Source of the DNA: Balamuthia mandrillaris
Lineage: Eukaryota
Reading direction: 5' to 3'
Length of the DNA stretch: 64,000 nucleotides
NCBI GenBank assembly: GCA_031835245.2
Contig: JAVKOQ020000084.1
Coordinates: 1 to 64,000 of the forward strand
Translations under genes and position numbers: made by a program
Shown here: one piece after another, positions 11,101 to 22,772 of the stretch
Layout: the number at the start of each line of letters is the position of its first letter
How positions within the stretch are numbered: position 1 is the first letter of the stretch
Notes under the pieces: generated by a model
Databases searched by the model: none
What the model saw: the letters and a program-made list of their open reading frames with translations, nothing else
Told to the model about the DNA's origin: nothing

Positions 11101-12100
11101 GAGAGAGAGCCAGAGACGCATTTTGCTGCAGTGTTATCCGTCTTTAATGAACACTTCTCCGTCTTCATCGTCTTCCTCTTCGTCCTCTTCAAATGGTTCT
11201 TCTTCCAACGGTAGCTCGAACAAAGAAGAACATGCATTTGCCGCTTCGGAGTCTTCTTTTAGTTCGTCAGATTCTTCTTTTTTGCAGTACAAAGAGAACG
11301 ATAACGATTGGAACAATGCAGTCAATTCGTGGATGTGGCATCTAAAGTCTGTGTTGAGGGGTGCCGTTAAAGTCGTTCACGCCGTCGAAGAATGCTCTTG
11401 CTCTGTTCTTATTCACTGCAGGTTTATTTTCCTTCTTTTACCTCTTGTCTTTTTCTTCTGTTGCTTTCTAACATTAAAAGCACCACATAAACATAACAAT
11501 AGCGATGGCTGGGATCGTACGCCACAAGTGTCAGCCTTGGCACAGCTCATGCTGGATGGCTACTATCGCACCTTGAAAGGCTTTCAAGTGCTTATCGAAA
11601 AGGAATGGTTGAGTTTTGGCCACAAGTTTGCTGACCGATGCGGTCATTACAACGCCAAGTTGGGCAACCACAAGGAAAACGAGAAGGAACAAGCTCCTAT
11701 CTTTCATCAGTGGATAGAGTGCGTATGGCAGCTAACGCAACAATACCCTCGGCACTTTGAGTTCAACGAACAACTGCTTATCGCTCTCAGCGACAACATC
11801 TATTCGGGGCTCTACGGCACTTTCCTTTGCAACAGCGAGAAAGAGAGAGTGGAGGCCAACCTTCGGGAACGAACCTTTTCGTTCTGGTCTCAGGTCAACC
11901 ACCCCAAGAACACCCACAAGTACCTCAACACAAAATACTTTATGGCGAAGCAGCAACACAAACAACAGCTGAACCGAACGAAGAGAGGAATGGGGGTGTT
12001 GCCCGACTTTCACAACTGTTCGGACATGAGGCGGCTGCAGTTTTGGCGAGAGTATTACTTTCGGCACAACGAAGACCTGTTGCCTTGTACCAAGCTTTGA
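8125..12100 (+). CDS. Myotubularin-family phosphoinositide 3-phosphatase with an extra N-terminal PH domain, PH-GRAM domain and Pro-rich insert; multi-exon
   Basis: PH: LEGWLHKKGEKGAVKAWRLRWF...LFYYK...PKGFIDL...EERQWWIDQL. GRAM: GSLFLSNFQLIF. Myotubularin: CPTYPQ, FRTKGRIPV, SQPRVG, DARPKANA, IDNIHVMRES, catalytic HC|SDGWDRT split by a GT-AG intron (11421-11502), LIEKEWLSFGHKF, YGTFLCN. Stop at 12098-12100. Confidence 0.93.
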
Positions 12101-12172
12101 GGAAAATCCTCAAAAAAAAAAGTTAAAGGCTATACATTGTTCATTCACGACATTGTGATAACGTTGGAGACA

Positions 12173-13802
12173 TCATTTGGAGGGAGGAGAGAGCATGGAG
12201 ACGATGTCGTCCATGGTGGGGCGGTCCTTGGGGTCGTATTGCCAGCACGCCTTCATGATGCCTTTCAGCACCTCCGGAATGTCCTCCGGGATCTCCGGCG
12301 TCGCTCCTTTTGGACAAACATAGCAGACTCGTTTCAGGAAACAAAATAAAAACACATGCGAGAGGGCATACATACTCTTATCAACCACGGCGATGGCAGC
12401 TTGAACAAGAGAGAGGTCAGCATAAGGCTCCTCTCCAAAGTTGACGATCTCCCACAAGACCACCCCATAGCTCCACACGTCCGACTTTTGGGAGTAGGTT
12501 TGTTGGGATATGCTCTCTGGGGCCATCCTGCAATCCAGGTTAAATGGTTTTGTAAAAAACATGAGCAACATCATTTGGAGAACCGTACCATTTCAAGGGA
12601 CCCACTTCGGACCTGGTTGTTTGCTCATCGGTCTCCGTGTCCCTTTTCAGCCGCGACAATCCAAAGTCTCACCGTTTGGGCATGACGACAATAAGCAACA
12701 ACACAACGGGCAACATGTTAACAGAGCGGTGAACATACCACTTATCTTGATGGTCAACTCCTCGGTGAGCAACAAGTTGCGAGCAGCCAAATCGCGATGA
12801 ATGATGCCCTCCGAATGGAGATGGGACATGCCCACCGCGATCTCTCTGGCCATTTGAACCATCATCTTGTAGTTCACTATTGCCTCCCCTTCCTCCGACA
12901 TGAGGAAATGTCTCAAGTCTCCTTTGGGCATGAACTCCGTCACCACGTAGTGATTGTGGAAATCGTCTTCGCACACTCCCAACAAGAGAAGCACGTTTCC
13001 ATGTGGACGCAGGTTTCTGTATCATTGTGAGAAAGGGAGAGAGCGAGAGCGAGAGAGAGAGAAAGCTTAAGGTAGAAGAACCGAAAGAATCAGAATAGAC
13101 GCAAACGTACTGCATGATCTCCATCTCGCTTCGCATCTGCTCCAACTCATCATTGTGCTTGGCAAGAATCTAGCAAACAATCAGATTAGATAGCAAACAT
13201 AAACTAGAATAAGCGAGTACCTGTTTTATTGCCACGGGTGTTCCTCTCCACTTTCCTTTCATCACCACGCCAAACCCTCTGAAAAAACGCGAATAAGAAA
13301 GAAGGAAGAATAGAAAGAAACGGCGTCGAAGAAAATACAAGAAAGACACAAACCACAAGGAACGACAGGAAAGAAAGAATTGGCAAGAAAGAAACACATA
13401 TAAGAAAGCAAATGCATATACATACCCTCGCCCAATCTCTTCGCCGAATGTCAACTCAGAGAATTGAATGTTCCAACTGAAACCCAGTCCTCTGTCTTCT
13501 CCACCTCCATGTCTTGCGCGATTTGAATGCTTGCTTGGTTGGATGGGATTCCTTTGGTACATGTTCTCTCCTCCTTCCTCCAGGTCTTTCTGCATTCTTC
13601 TCCTTTTCGCCATGGTCCTTCGTCTCAGCAGCACTGCCGCCACGACGCCCGCCACCAAGATCAACAACAAGGGCAGACCCAGACTGAGGCCCAAGGTGAG
13701 AGGGAGGTTGCTGTCACCGTCTGCCGTATTCCGTTCACTTGTGTCTTCATGCATAAAGATTAGCCTACAAAGGAGCATGCCAAAGAAAAGAAATGGAGAC
13801 AG

Positions 13803-13849
<47 letters not shown>

Positions 13850-15113
13850 AAGAAAGAGAAAGAGAACCCGTATCGCTGCTACCACTACTTGAGCTCTCCT
13901 CATTGCTGACACTGCTTGAAGCGGGGTCTAGTTTGATGGCAGTGAAGCTTGTGGTGCATTGGACCCGCGTACCATGGGCATCCTCCACCTTCACTATGAC
14001 GTCGTGCAGACCAGCAGCAAGAAGGGTGCCCGGCGGAGGGGTTTGGGTGATGTTGATGGGACTATGGCAAGTGCCCACCACACGAAGAGAAGTGGAGGTA
14101 GTGAAATCAGGCACTTCTATTTCTGTCTCCTCTTTCTCTGCGCTCATTGCCTCGCTGCATGAGACGATGGCGAGCGGTTGAGGAGCAAACGACCCGCACC
14201 CTGTTATGCGTTCGTTTAAGTGATGTTGAGGCAGGAAGATAGGCCGAGCATACATACCACTCATGGAATAAAACAAAGCATTGGCCATCAGCTCTCTTCC
14301 GTTTGTGGACCTATTCCAACCACCGTTGCCGCGTCCTGGTGCATCAAGATCCTCCGTACCTCTTAGCTCCGTGACAGGATGGAAGTTGAGGTCCACACGA
14401 TTGCTCTTGTTGGGACCAACTTCATCGCGAACTACCATCAGCACCACCCCATCGTCATAGTCAGCCACCACGTAGGACCCTTCCTCCATCTTCTCCACTT
14501 GAGCAGGTAGAACGTTGGCGCGAAGGGCTTCGCCGCCGGTTCCAAAGGAGGTGACGTTGAGCATGGTGGGATGCTCCGGCAAGTGCACCACGCCAAGCTT
14601 TCTACGTCCTCCTCCTCCGCCAGGAGTAGTCGTGACCTCACCAGCTTTCTGGGGCAGGACAACGGAGGAATGAGTGACAAAAGCTCCTTCGAGGCCGGTC
14701 GGTCCGTTGAAGCCAGCTGCAGCAAGCACTACGCCCTTGCCTTGCTCCACGTAGCCCTGCAACAAGTCTCCCAACTCCTCCGGCTTGGGGAAGGGTGCCA
14801 CTTGAACGATAGGGTAGTCTGAAGCCAGGCCGGACCAAACGAGGAGGGCTTCGAAGTTTTGCACAAGTTCTTCCAAGGTCGGGAGGGAGCTCACGTTCAA
14901 GTAGGTGATGCTCTCGAACCGCCCTGTTTCCTCCAACCGCAGCGTCACGTCCGCTCTGTAGCGCGGGTCCACTTCAGTGGTCAGCAGCCCAATCCGCTGT
15001 CCGTCGATGCCGCTGCATGTGAGGAGAGCTTTTATCACCACCAGCGAAAGAACTAGAAACGTCCGCAGCGGCAACATTGGGGCTGCTGAAACACTTGCTT
15101 TTCCGCTTATCAT
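12173..15113 (-). CDS. Receptor tyrosine-kinase-like (TK/TKL) protein: signal peptide, GATase1-like ectodomain, HYR-like domain, single TM helix, kinase; multi-exon
   Basis: Hydrophobic N-terminus LRTFLVLSLVVIKALLTCSG; TM LGLSLGLPLLLILVAGVVAAVLL followed by RRR. Kinase: EIGRG|GFGVV, VAIK, HRDLAARNLL, D|FG split by an intron, VGPLK|WMAPES, SDVWSYGVVLWE, CWQYDPKDRP. Stop at 12173-12175. Confidence 0.9.
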
Positions 15114-15426
15114 TTTTGCTTGTACGAACTCCGCGTATACCAGCACACCTTCTCCTTCGGTGCGTTATTGACTCATTTCCAATGTTAATTACAACACTAA
15201 TTCTATCGTTTCGGTCTTTTTATTGATCTGCTCCTTTAATATAGCATCTTATGAAAAACCATTGGTTGGGCCTGAGAACCTTAATTAGAATCTAGCCAAC
15301 AAAAATTCTAACACCTCAACCAATCCAAAACCAAAAAAATAAAAAATCAAACGGAAATGTGTTCGATTGGTGCACAAGTGCTGCTCATTTGATATCTTCC
15401 CAATAAATAAAAAAAAAAACAAAAAA

Positions 15427-17470
15427 ATGATCGGATCAAAAGAGAAAATGGAGGTGGAGGAGGAGGAGGAGCCCAACCACAAGAAGGCATGCCATGAAGA
15501 GGACATGAGAAGGCCGGAGGGTTTGAGAAAGGTCATCGATCAACTCGGAGCCAAGGAACCGGGCGTTGCTGTTGCTGCCACCGAAGCCATCGTCCGATGG
15601 AGCCGACTTGGTTGCTACTCTTTTTTGTTTTTTTTCGTTCTGCAATGGAGTATTGACTGTTGCTCTTCTGTTTCTTCTTTCTTTCTTTCTTGTCGTTCTT
15701 CTTCGTTCATCTTTCTTCTTCACACGCAAACACAAAAAGAGAACAACATATATGAAGCAAGGGACACGTTGTTGTTGGTACCGGCGTTGATCCGCCTGCT
15801 CTCCTCCAATGATGCTGCCATTAAGAAAGCTGCGCTTACTGCCCTCGTGGCGTGTGCTTCCGCTGGTTCGCTTCACCTCTTTTCTCTCTGCTCTCCGCTC
15901 TCTCCCGTTCTTTGTTACTAGTTAGTCATTACGAACATTCTATGATAATGCAGAGGACATAAAAAACGAAGTGGAAGACGCTGGTGGTTTCCCTATTCTC
16001 AACAAACTCGCTCGTAGCAATTCTTCATCTTCTTCTTCTTGTTCTTGTTCTTGTTCTTCTTCTTCTTCTTCTTCTTCTTCTTCCAGCACCAATAACGAGG
16101 TTTGTAGCTTAGCTATGGAAGCTCTTAATCTTTTACAAGCGCCAGGTCCGTTTCTCTGCCGCTCTTCTAAACCTCAAAAAATAACTGACTCCTGACTATC
16201 CATTATGCAGCAACAAATAAGATACGAACGTTTCGGTTTGTCGGTTCTTCAGCAAATGATAGCGTCGAAGACGGAAGCAGTAAGGATGAAATGGTGAGAA
16301 ACGAGCGAGTGATTCGGATATGCGTTGATCACATGGACAACGTTGGTGTTGGCTGGAAGATATGGGAATCTGCTATCATTCTTGCTCGGTCATTTTTCTT
16401 TACTCTCTTTTTCTTTGTATGTTCTCCTTTTTCATAGCTTTCTCATTACTACTTACAGGTGGTGGCATTCACGTCAAAACTTGTTGGAAGGAAAAAGAGT
16501 GTTGGAGTTGGGAGCTGGAGTAGGCCTGGTCGGCATTTTGGCTGCTCCTTACTGCCGTGAAATAGTCATTTCTGACTGCGTCGATAAGGTACTCTTTCTT
16601 CTTTCTTTGTGTTTTCTTGTTCCCCCCCCCCCCCCCCCCCCCCCCCCCCTTCTTCTTCTTGTTCTTCTTCTTCTGCTTCTTGTCCTTCTCCTTGTACTTG
16701 TTGATGAAGCAAGTAGTAAAGTAACACGAGCAATTGGTGGATGCGGTGAATACTTCGTCTTCATGAATGTCCGTGTTGATGATTCTCATGTGTCTTGATA
16801 TATTCAGCTTGTGGAAGACATTCAATACAATTTGAGCTTGAATAACCTTCGAGACAATAATGTACAAGTAATGTAAGTAATGCTCGCTTTCTTCTTATGC
16901 TTCTCCTTCCAACTCTAGTTTTTGAACAACAAAAGAAATTTGGATTGGAGCATCATTCAACGGCAAGAGCAACAAACTGCTTCTGAACAGTATCACCGCT
17001 CTCCAGTTGCAGTTCCTGACTTAGGCCGTTTCGAGGTGATAATGGGATCTGCTCTCATCTACGACAAAACATCAGCAATGCATTTGGCCGACGTGGTTCA
17101 TCACTATCTTCATCCGGAGCAGGGTCTATTTTACACAGTTACCCATCGCAACCGCCTTGTAATGCTTTCTACCCTTTTTTCTAACTTTTATCTTTCAGTT
17201 TCATTTTCCTCCTTTTCTCTTTCTCTTCCGTCATTTCACTTTCTCTTCTTCTTTTTCTTTCTTCTTTCCTTCTTCTTTCTTTTCTTATCTAACACAAAAT
17301 AAAACCAGGGAATAGCCGAGTTCACGAGCCGAGCGAAAGCTTTAGGCCTGCATTGTCTCAAAGAGGACGTTACACAGCGTTCCCTCTTTCAAGACTTTAG
17401 CGAGAGCAGCCAATGGCAGTGGATCGTTTGTTGCCGAAATCCATCACTGCTTGCATCCCTTCCCACTTGA
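15427..17470 (+). CDS. Armadillo-like repeat + class I SAM-dependent protein methyltransferase (family 16, METTL21/Efm-like); multi-exon
   Basis: ARM-like: LLVPALIRLLSSNDAAIKKAALTAL...EDAGGFPILNKL. MTase: VGVGWKIWESAIILA, LLEGKRVLELGAGVGLVG, VISDC, NLDW, FEVIMGSALIY. The last exon ends at TGA 17468-17470. Confidence 0.82.
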
Positions 17471-17775
17471 CAAAAGAAAAATAGGATTTTGCTCACTGAA
17501 GAAGAAGAAGGAGAGAAACAACCAGACGAAACAAAATCGATAGCCACGTCGGAAGAGAAGGAGCACAACGCTCGAGAAGAAGTACAAGCCGTGAGCTCCT
17601 ATCCCGACCAGGGAGCAATATTTTTGTCGACTCCTAAATGTCGACATGAAAAAACAGACTAATAGGTTCGTTTTGGGCGGGTTTTCCACCAAATTTCCAA
17701 CTCTGAAATTTCCCCCGGAAATTCAAGCAACAAAAAACAGAACGGACGTCATTCATCTCTTAAAAAGCTGATATC

Positions 17776-17783
17776 TGACGTCA
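17776..17783. promoter_or_regulatory. CRE-like palindrome TGACGTCA (also at 29154 and 30904)
   Basis: Three perfect copies, all intergenic and upstream of genes (TFIIH p62, cyclin, SDR). Confidence 0.45.
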
Positions 17784-17814
17784 ACAGAAAAAAAAAAAAA
17801 AAAACAAGAAAGAG

Positions 17815-19097
17815 ATGAATGCTCTCGAGCTCAACGAAGGCGAGGAGGTCGTTCTCCAAAGCGACGCCAAGCACCAGAAGCGCGACGGCACCCTCATCCT
17901 CACCAACCACCGCTTGATCTTCTGCCGCGCCGCCACCAACGAAGTGATGGTCCAAATCCCCCTCAAGGACCTGCACTCCCATTTCGTCAGCAAGTCGGCC
18001 GCCCCGCCGCTCTACATGAAGGTCATGACGGAGGAGGACGAGCGGAGGCGGATCGAGGAGGAGAGCAAGAAGAAGCCCAACGTGCGGGAGAGGACCACCC
18101 GCAAGAAGAAGACCTTTGGCCGCGTCTTTGAGTTCACCTCCCGGCTGGGTCCTGAGTCCGCCTTTGGGGAGAGGGACGGCTTTCGGGACCTGATCGCTCA
18201 GTTTGTTCCCCTTCACAAAAAGTTGGCGCAAGAAGAGGCAGAAGCAGAAGAAGAGGTGAACAAGAAGAAGAGAACCAGAGAAGAGGAAGACAGTGAAGAA
18301 GCTACGAAATTAGAAATGGATCTGATGCAAGTGATGGAAAAAGCAGAGGAAGAACAACCAACAACAGCAAACGAAAAAGGCGCGCATGGAGGAACAACGG
18401 CAAAGGGGTAAGCCCATGGTGGAGAGAGTGGGGGAGAAGGCCAAGTTACGGCTGGAGGAGGCCAAGCAGAGGGCTGCGTTGTTGGCGGGAAACGACACGC
18501 TGCGGGCCTTGCACGACGAGCTCGTTATTTCTGGTATCATCTCTGAGGAAGAGTTTTGGAGCAGTCGTAAGGTTTCTCGCTTGCTTTCTTCTCTCTCTCT
18601 CTCTTCTCTCTCTTGCTTCTCTTCTCTTCTCTCTCCTTTCTTCGTCCATAACATAACTTTAAAAAAAACAACAGCAAATGTTAGAAACAGAAGCACAAAG
18701 CGTTGCAAAACAACAACGTGGAATGTCCTCCGAACTGTTGGCTGACGTGAAACCAGCTCTAGAGACCTGCAACGCCGTTCACTACCGCCTCACTCCGACC
18801 GTCATTCGCCAGATCTTTGTGGAGTATCCCGCAGTGAAAAAGGCTTATGAGGAATGGGTTCCCGATAAGCTCAGTGAGACTGAGTTTTGGACAAAGTACT
18901 TTCAAAGTCAATACTTTCATAAGAGCAGAGGGGGCGGCTCCCTCTGCCTCTGCTTCTTCCTCCGCTTCGGGCCGTCCCAAAGAAGTGATGGACTCTTCGG
19001 TATATAGTGCTGATGAGGTGTTTGCTGGCTGCGCTGAAGAGGATGATGAATTGATTCAAGAAGGTGAGGCAATGGTTTAAAGAGAAACGCGAGAAAG

Positions 19098-19129
<32 letters not shown>

Positions 19130-20421
19130 CAGGAGAGAGACAGAGAGAGAAAAACAAAAGACAGAGAGAGAGAGATGAAGACTTAACACAAAACTCTTCC
19201 TTCTTTTGGAATAGATTCTGCACGATTAGGGGCAAAAGTAAAGCACGTAGAAATTACCTCGAACTTGGCTCTAGCAAGAGATACTCTCATCACTGATGTG
19301 CGGCTCTGCTACTCCTTCCCTTTCCTCTTCAACTTTCTATTCTTTTAACTTTTCACATCACTGACAAAACCCAATATAAAAGGATGGCTATGGTAACGTT
19401 AGCGACTCTGTTGTAGGTCCGACAGCACCCAAAGCTTCACGTGCTCTCACTCTCCTTCGTCGCTACAACCGTCATGGCGCTTTGGTTCTCGGCACGGATC
19501 GCTCTCTCCTCTCAGGTGGTGGCTCGTCCTCCTCGCTCTCTTCAGCTACTAACAACAGTCAACTCGCAAAACGGCTCCAAGACAAGATGAAAGAAGAAGA
19601 GGAGAAGGAGAAAGAAAAAGAGAAACAGAAGGAAGAAGCAAAGAAGCGAAGTGTTTCTCCACCACCACAACGCAACAAAGAAAATGGTATTCGTGAAGCA
19701 GCAAAGGATGGTCGTAATCATAATCATGGTGCATCGCTAAACAAACAAGTGGTGCAGCAAAGCACCGAGTGGACAGAATTGGAGGAGCGCAAAGAGGAAC
19801 AAGTCGTGGAATTGAACATCACCGACCAAAGACGGTACTTTGAAGGTCATACTTCGACTGGGATCCTTGGTGATAGTGATGTACGCACATTTTCTTTTCT
19901 CTATGCTCTTCTATTCTCTTTGCTCTTTCTCCCTTTCGTTTTCTATTTCTAACAATGAGAAACAAGAGCGAGAGCACACCAGAGCAACTCTGGGAGTGGT
20001 GGAGCAACGAACTTAGACATTGGTTGGAGGAGAACGCACCCGCGCCACCTCCTCCTCCCAAATCCAAAAAGAAAAAGAAAAAGGAGAACGAGAAAGAACA
20101 AGAAGAAGCATACAGTTCTTCAGCTGCTTCAGTTTCAATCAAACAACCTAAATTCATTCCCAGCCAAGTAGCGATGGACATTGTGTTAGACATCGGAAAG
20201 CTTGCCAAAGACAGAACGCATCACCGTAATAACAATAGCAGCGAACAGCAAGAAGAGGGAGGTCAGTTGGCGCACCAAATGGAGCAGCTTTCAGAGGAGG
20301 ACAAACGGAAGCTCTTTGCAAATTTCACTCGGGCTAATGAGTTACTGCGGCACTTTTGGGGATCTTATCCCATCACCTCCAAAGCTCTCGCTGATAAAGG
20401 TTTCTTTCTTCAATCCTTTTA

Positions 20422-20466
<45 letters not shown>

Positions 20467-20643
20467 ACTTTTGTTCCACTCACCAAAGTGACGCGAGTGG
20501 CAAATTCGATCGGAAAACTGTATGATGACATCCAAAAAGAGCGTTTGCAAAAGAGAGGAATCTACGCCAAAGTGCTCGCACCAATCCTTCAAGCTCTCGA
20601 CCAAGCTGTTGAAATGCGACAAAGCAAACGAACACTGTTGTGA
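17815..20643 (+). CDS. GTF2H1: General transcription factor TFIIH subunit p62 (PH domain + two BSD domains); multi-exon, with an apparent +1 frameshift in exon 1
   Basis: N-terminal PH (AKHQKRDGTLILTNHRLIF); BSD1 LRALHDELVISGIISEEEFW; BSD2 LTPTVIRQIFVEYPAVKKAYEEWVPDKLSETEFWTKYFQS; LLRRYNRHGALVL; ELLRHFW. Stop at 20641-20643. Confidence 0.88.
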
Positions 20644-20720
20644 CGCAGTAAAATCTTTTTTCTTTCTCTCATTCAAATAATAACAATAACAAAAAGAACG
20701 AAAAGGGTTCTTCTTCTCGC

Positions 20721-21652
20721 TTAATGCTTTGTGAAGGAAGCAGCGGAAGGATCAAAAGAAGATGATGAAGAGGAAGAGTCGTGATTCAACAAGTAATCGA
20801 TGGTGAGTCGCTCCTTTTCAGGTGAGATAGGACGAGAGAACCGCTGCTCCACATGGTTCCTTCTCGTGGTTTGTTCATCTTCCTCGCTATTGGCCTCGTC
20901 TCCACCATCAAAAGTACTTGATATATCTGGGCTCCTTCTTCTTCTTACTCTTCTATCTGTCCCTTCTGTTGGAGCAGTTGAATAGACATCTTCATTCGCC
21001 TCTGCAAATGAACTGCTACTTCTATCTTCTACTTCTTCCGCAAATACGTTGCTCAATGACGAACTTTGTCGAGAAGATGAAGAAGAGGTAGGAAGATTCC
21101 CGGTTCCCTCGTTGCGGTATTCTCCTCTGGAACTTTTTCGTTTGCCCTTGCTTGTGGAGTTGTTACTGCCAGTTTGAGAGGAAGAAAGAGAAGTGGGAGA
21201 GGAAGGGCCTTCGCCAACGGAATAGCTCTTCCACCGAAGATAAAATGTAGATTTGTTGTTCTTGTTGCTTTTATGATGTTCTGATGAAGAAGAGTCTCCT
21301 CGGGTAGAGGTTATCAACATCGGTTGCTGTGATGTTTGTTCGGAAGGACTAGAGGGGGAATACATTGTAGGAGAGGTATTTGCAGAGCTTTTTCGTCGTT
21401 CTCTTTCTGCAGGACTTTGTCTTTTCCGTCGATGCTTTGTTTTGTTGGCAGAAGTAATTGTTGATGCTGTGGCAGAGGTAGAAGGGTTTGTTCTCTGTTT
21501 TTGGAGGCTTTGTTGGGCGCGGATGAGTTTGGTCCGAAGCTCCAACGTCTCTTTGGTGGAGCAGTAAGGGGCAGAGTCTCTTGGTTTCATCTCAGTCTGT
21601 GTTTTGAGTGTGGTTAAAGAGAAAGCGAAAAGCTTAGCAAAAAATAGAGAAG

Positions 21653-21702
<50 letters not shown>

Positions 21703-21924
21703 AGAAAGACGAAGAGAGGGAAGAAGATAAAGGAGAGAGGCAAATACTTTGAAAGAAGAGGAAAAGGGGTTGAGAATGGGAGAGACGATGGTTTGCACGC
21801 AGTGCTCCAGCTCTTCCATCTGTTTTTCCATCGAGGAGCATTGCGCTGCTGTCAGTCGTCTGTTCTTGGCGAGGGCGGCCAGTTGTATTACCTGGTGGGC
21901 TATTTCTACCGCCTTCGAAAGGAG

Positions 21925-21960
<36 letters not shown>

Positions 21961-22772
21961 GAGGGAAGAAGAGATTGGTTAGAGAGGGGGGAAACCATAC
22001 AGTGAAAACAGAAAAGATGAAGAAGATGAGAGGGAGAGGCGCACTTGATCGCAAGCAAAGGTGTATTCGTTGTCCTCTTCCTCATGGAAGAGCTGTGTCT
22101 CGCTTTCCACAATGGGCAAGCCATAGTTCCGCAGAGGCGCCGCGTCCTGTTGGGTCAATAGTGTTGGTGAAAAGGTGAAAAGAAAAAGAAAAGAAAAGAA
22201 AAAAAGATGAAAGAAAACGGAAAAAAAAAATAAAATAACGGACGGAAAAAAAAAAGACGAAACATTCCTAACCCCACACGTACCATGGAGTGAGTCTCTC
22301 TCTCCATCCAGGATGAGGAGGATGGGCCGGATAGAGAGCCATACCCTCGAGCAGCAGCAGCACTGCCGGTCGGCGGATGCTGGGGATGGAGCGGGCGCTG
22401 CAGTTGAGCAGGCGAGGAGTGATGACGAGGGTGGGGATGAAGACGTCCATCCGGCATGGTGGAGAGCGGGGTCGTTGGCATCGAGGAGGAATGCGGTGGG
22501 TAGTGCTGCTCCACAAAAGAGACGTCGCGGCTGTTGAGTTGATGAGGCGAGGCGGACTGATGCGGGGTCATGGCGTTATGGTCGTTGATCAGGAGCGTCC
22601 TCGATGGCGCATCCGTTGATGATGGTGGTGGTGGTGGTTGAGGATGCCGTTGGAGGTGGTGTCGCGACAAGTCGGTGAGGTTGGGAATGCTTTGGAGGTC
22701 GTGGGTGCTGGTTGATCCTGAGGCTGGCGTCTGATAGGCGAATCCCCACCACCCCTCTCCTCCCCCAAACAT
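20721..22772 (-). CDS. Hypothetical low-complexity (His/Pro/Ser-rich) protein with a helical core and C-terminal LTIDYLLN motif; multi-exon
   Basis: ORFs 22155..22772 and 20721..21743 are joined through minus-strand introns containing (CT)n. The middle exons encode DAAPLRNYGLPIVESE... and EIAHQVIQLAALAKNRRL...MEKQMEELEHCV. No family recognised. Confidence 0.55.

Noticed and set aside
15165..15176. In-frame upstream ATG-AGT-CAA-TAA as the receptor kinase start or a regulatory uORF
   Set aside because: It stops after three codons and the TSS is unknown; ATG 15113 gives a good signal peptide.
16623..16648. Poly-C run as coding poly-Pro
   Set aside because: Lies within a GT-AG intron of the methyltransferase gene.
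221..18411. Systematic stop-codon recoding (GGG-TGA at 221 and GGG-TAA at 18409)
   Set aside because: Only two cases with different outcomes (readthrough versus +1 shift), while other genes use TGA and TAA as normal stops. Mutation or assembly error is simpler.
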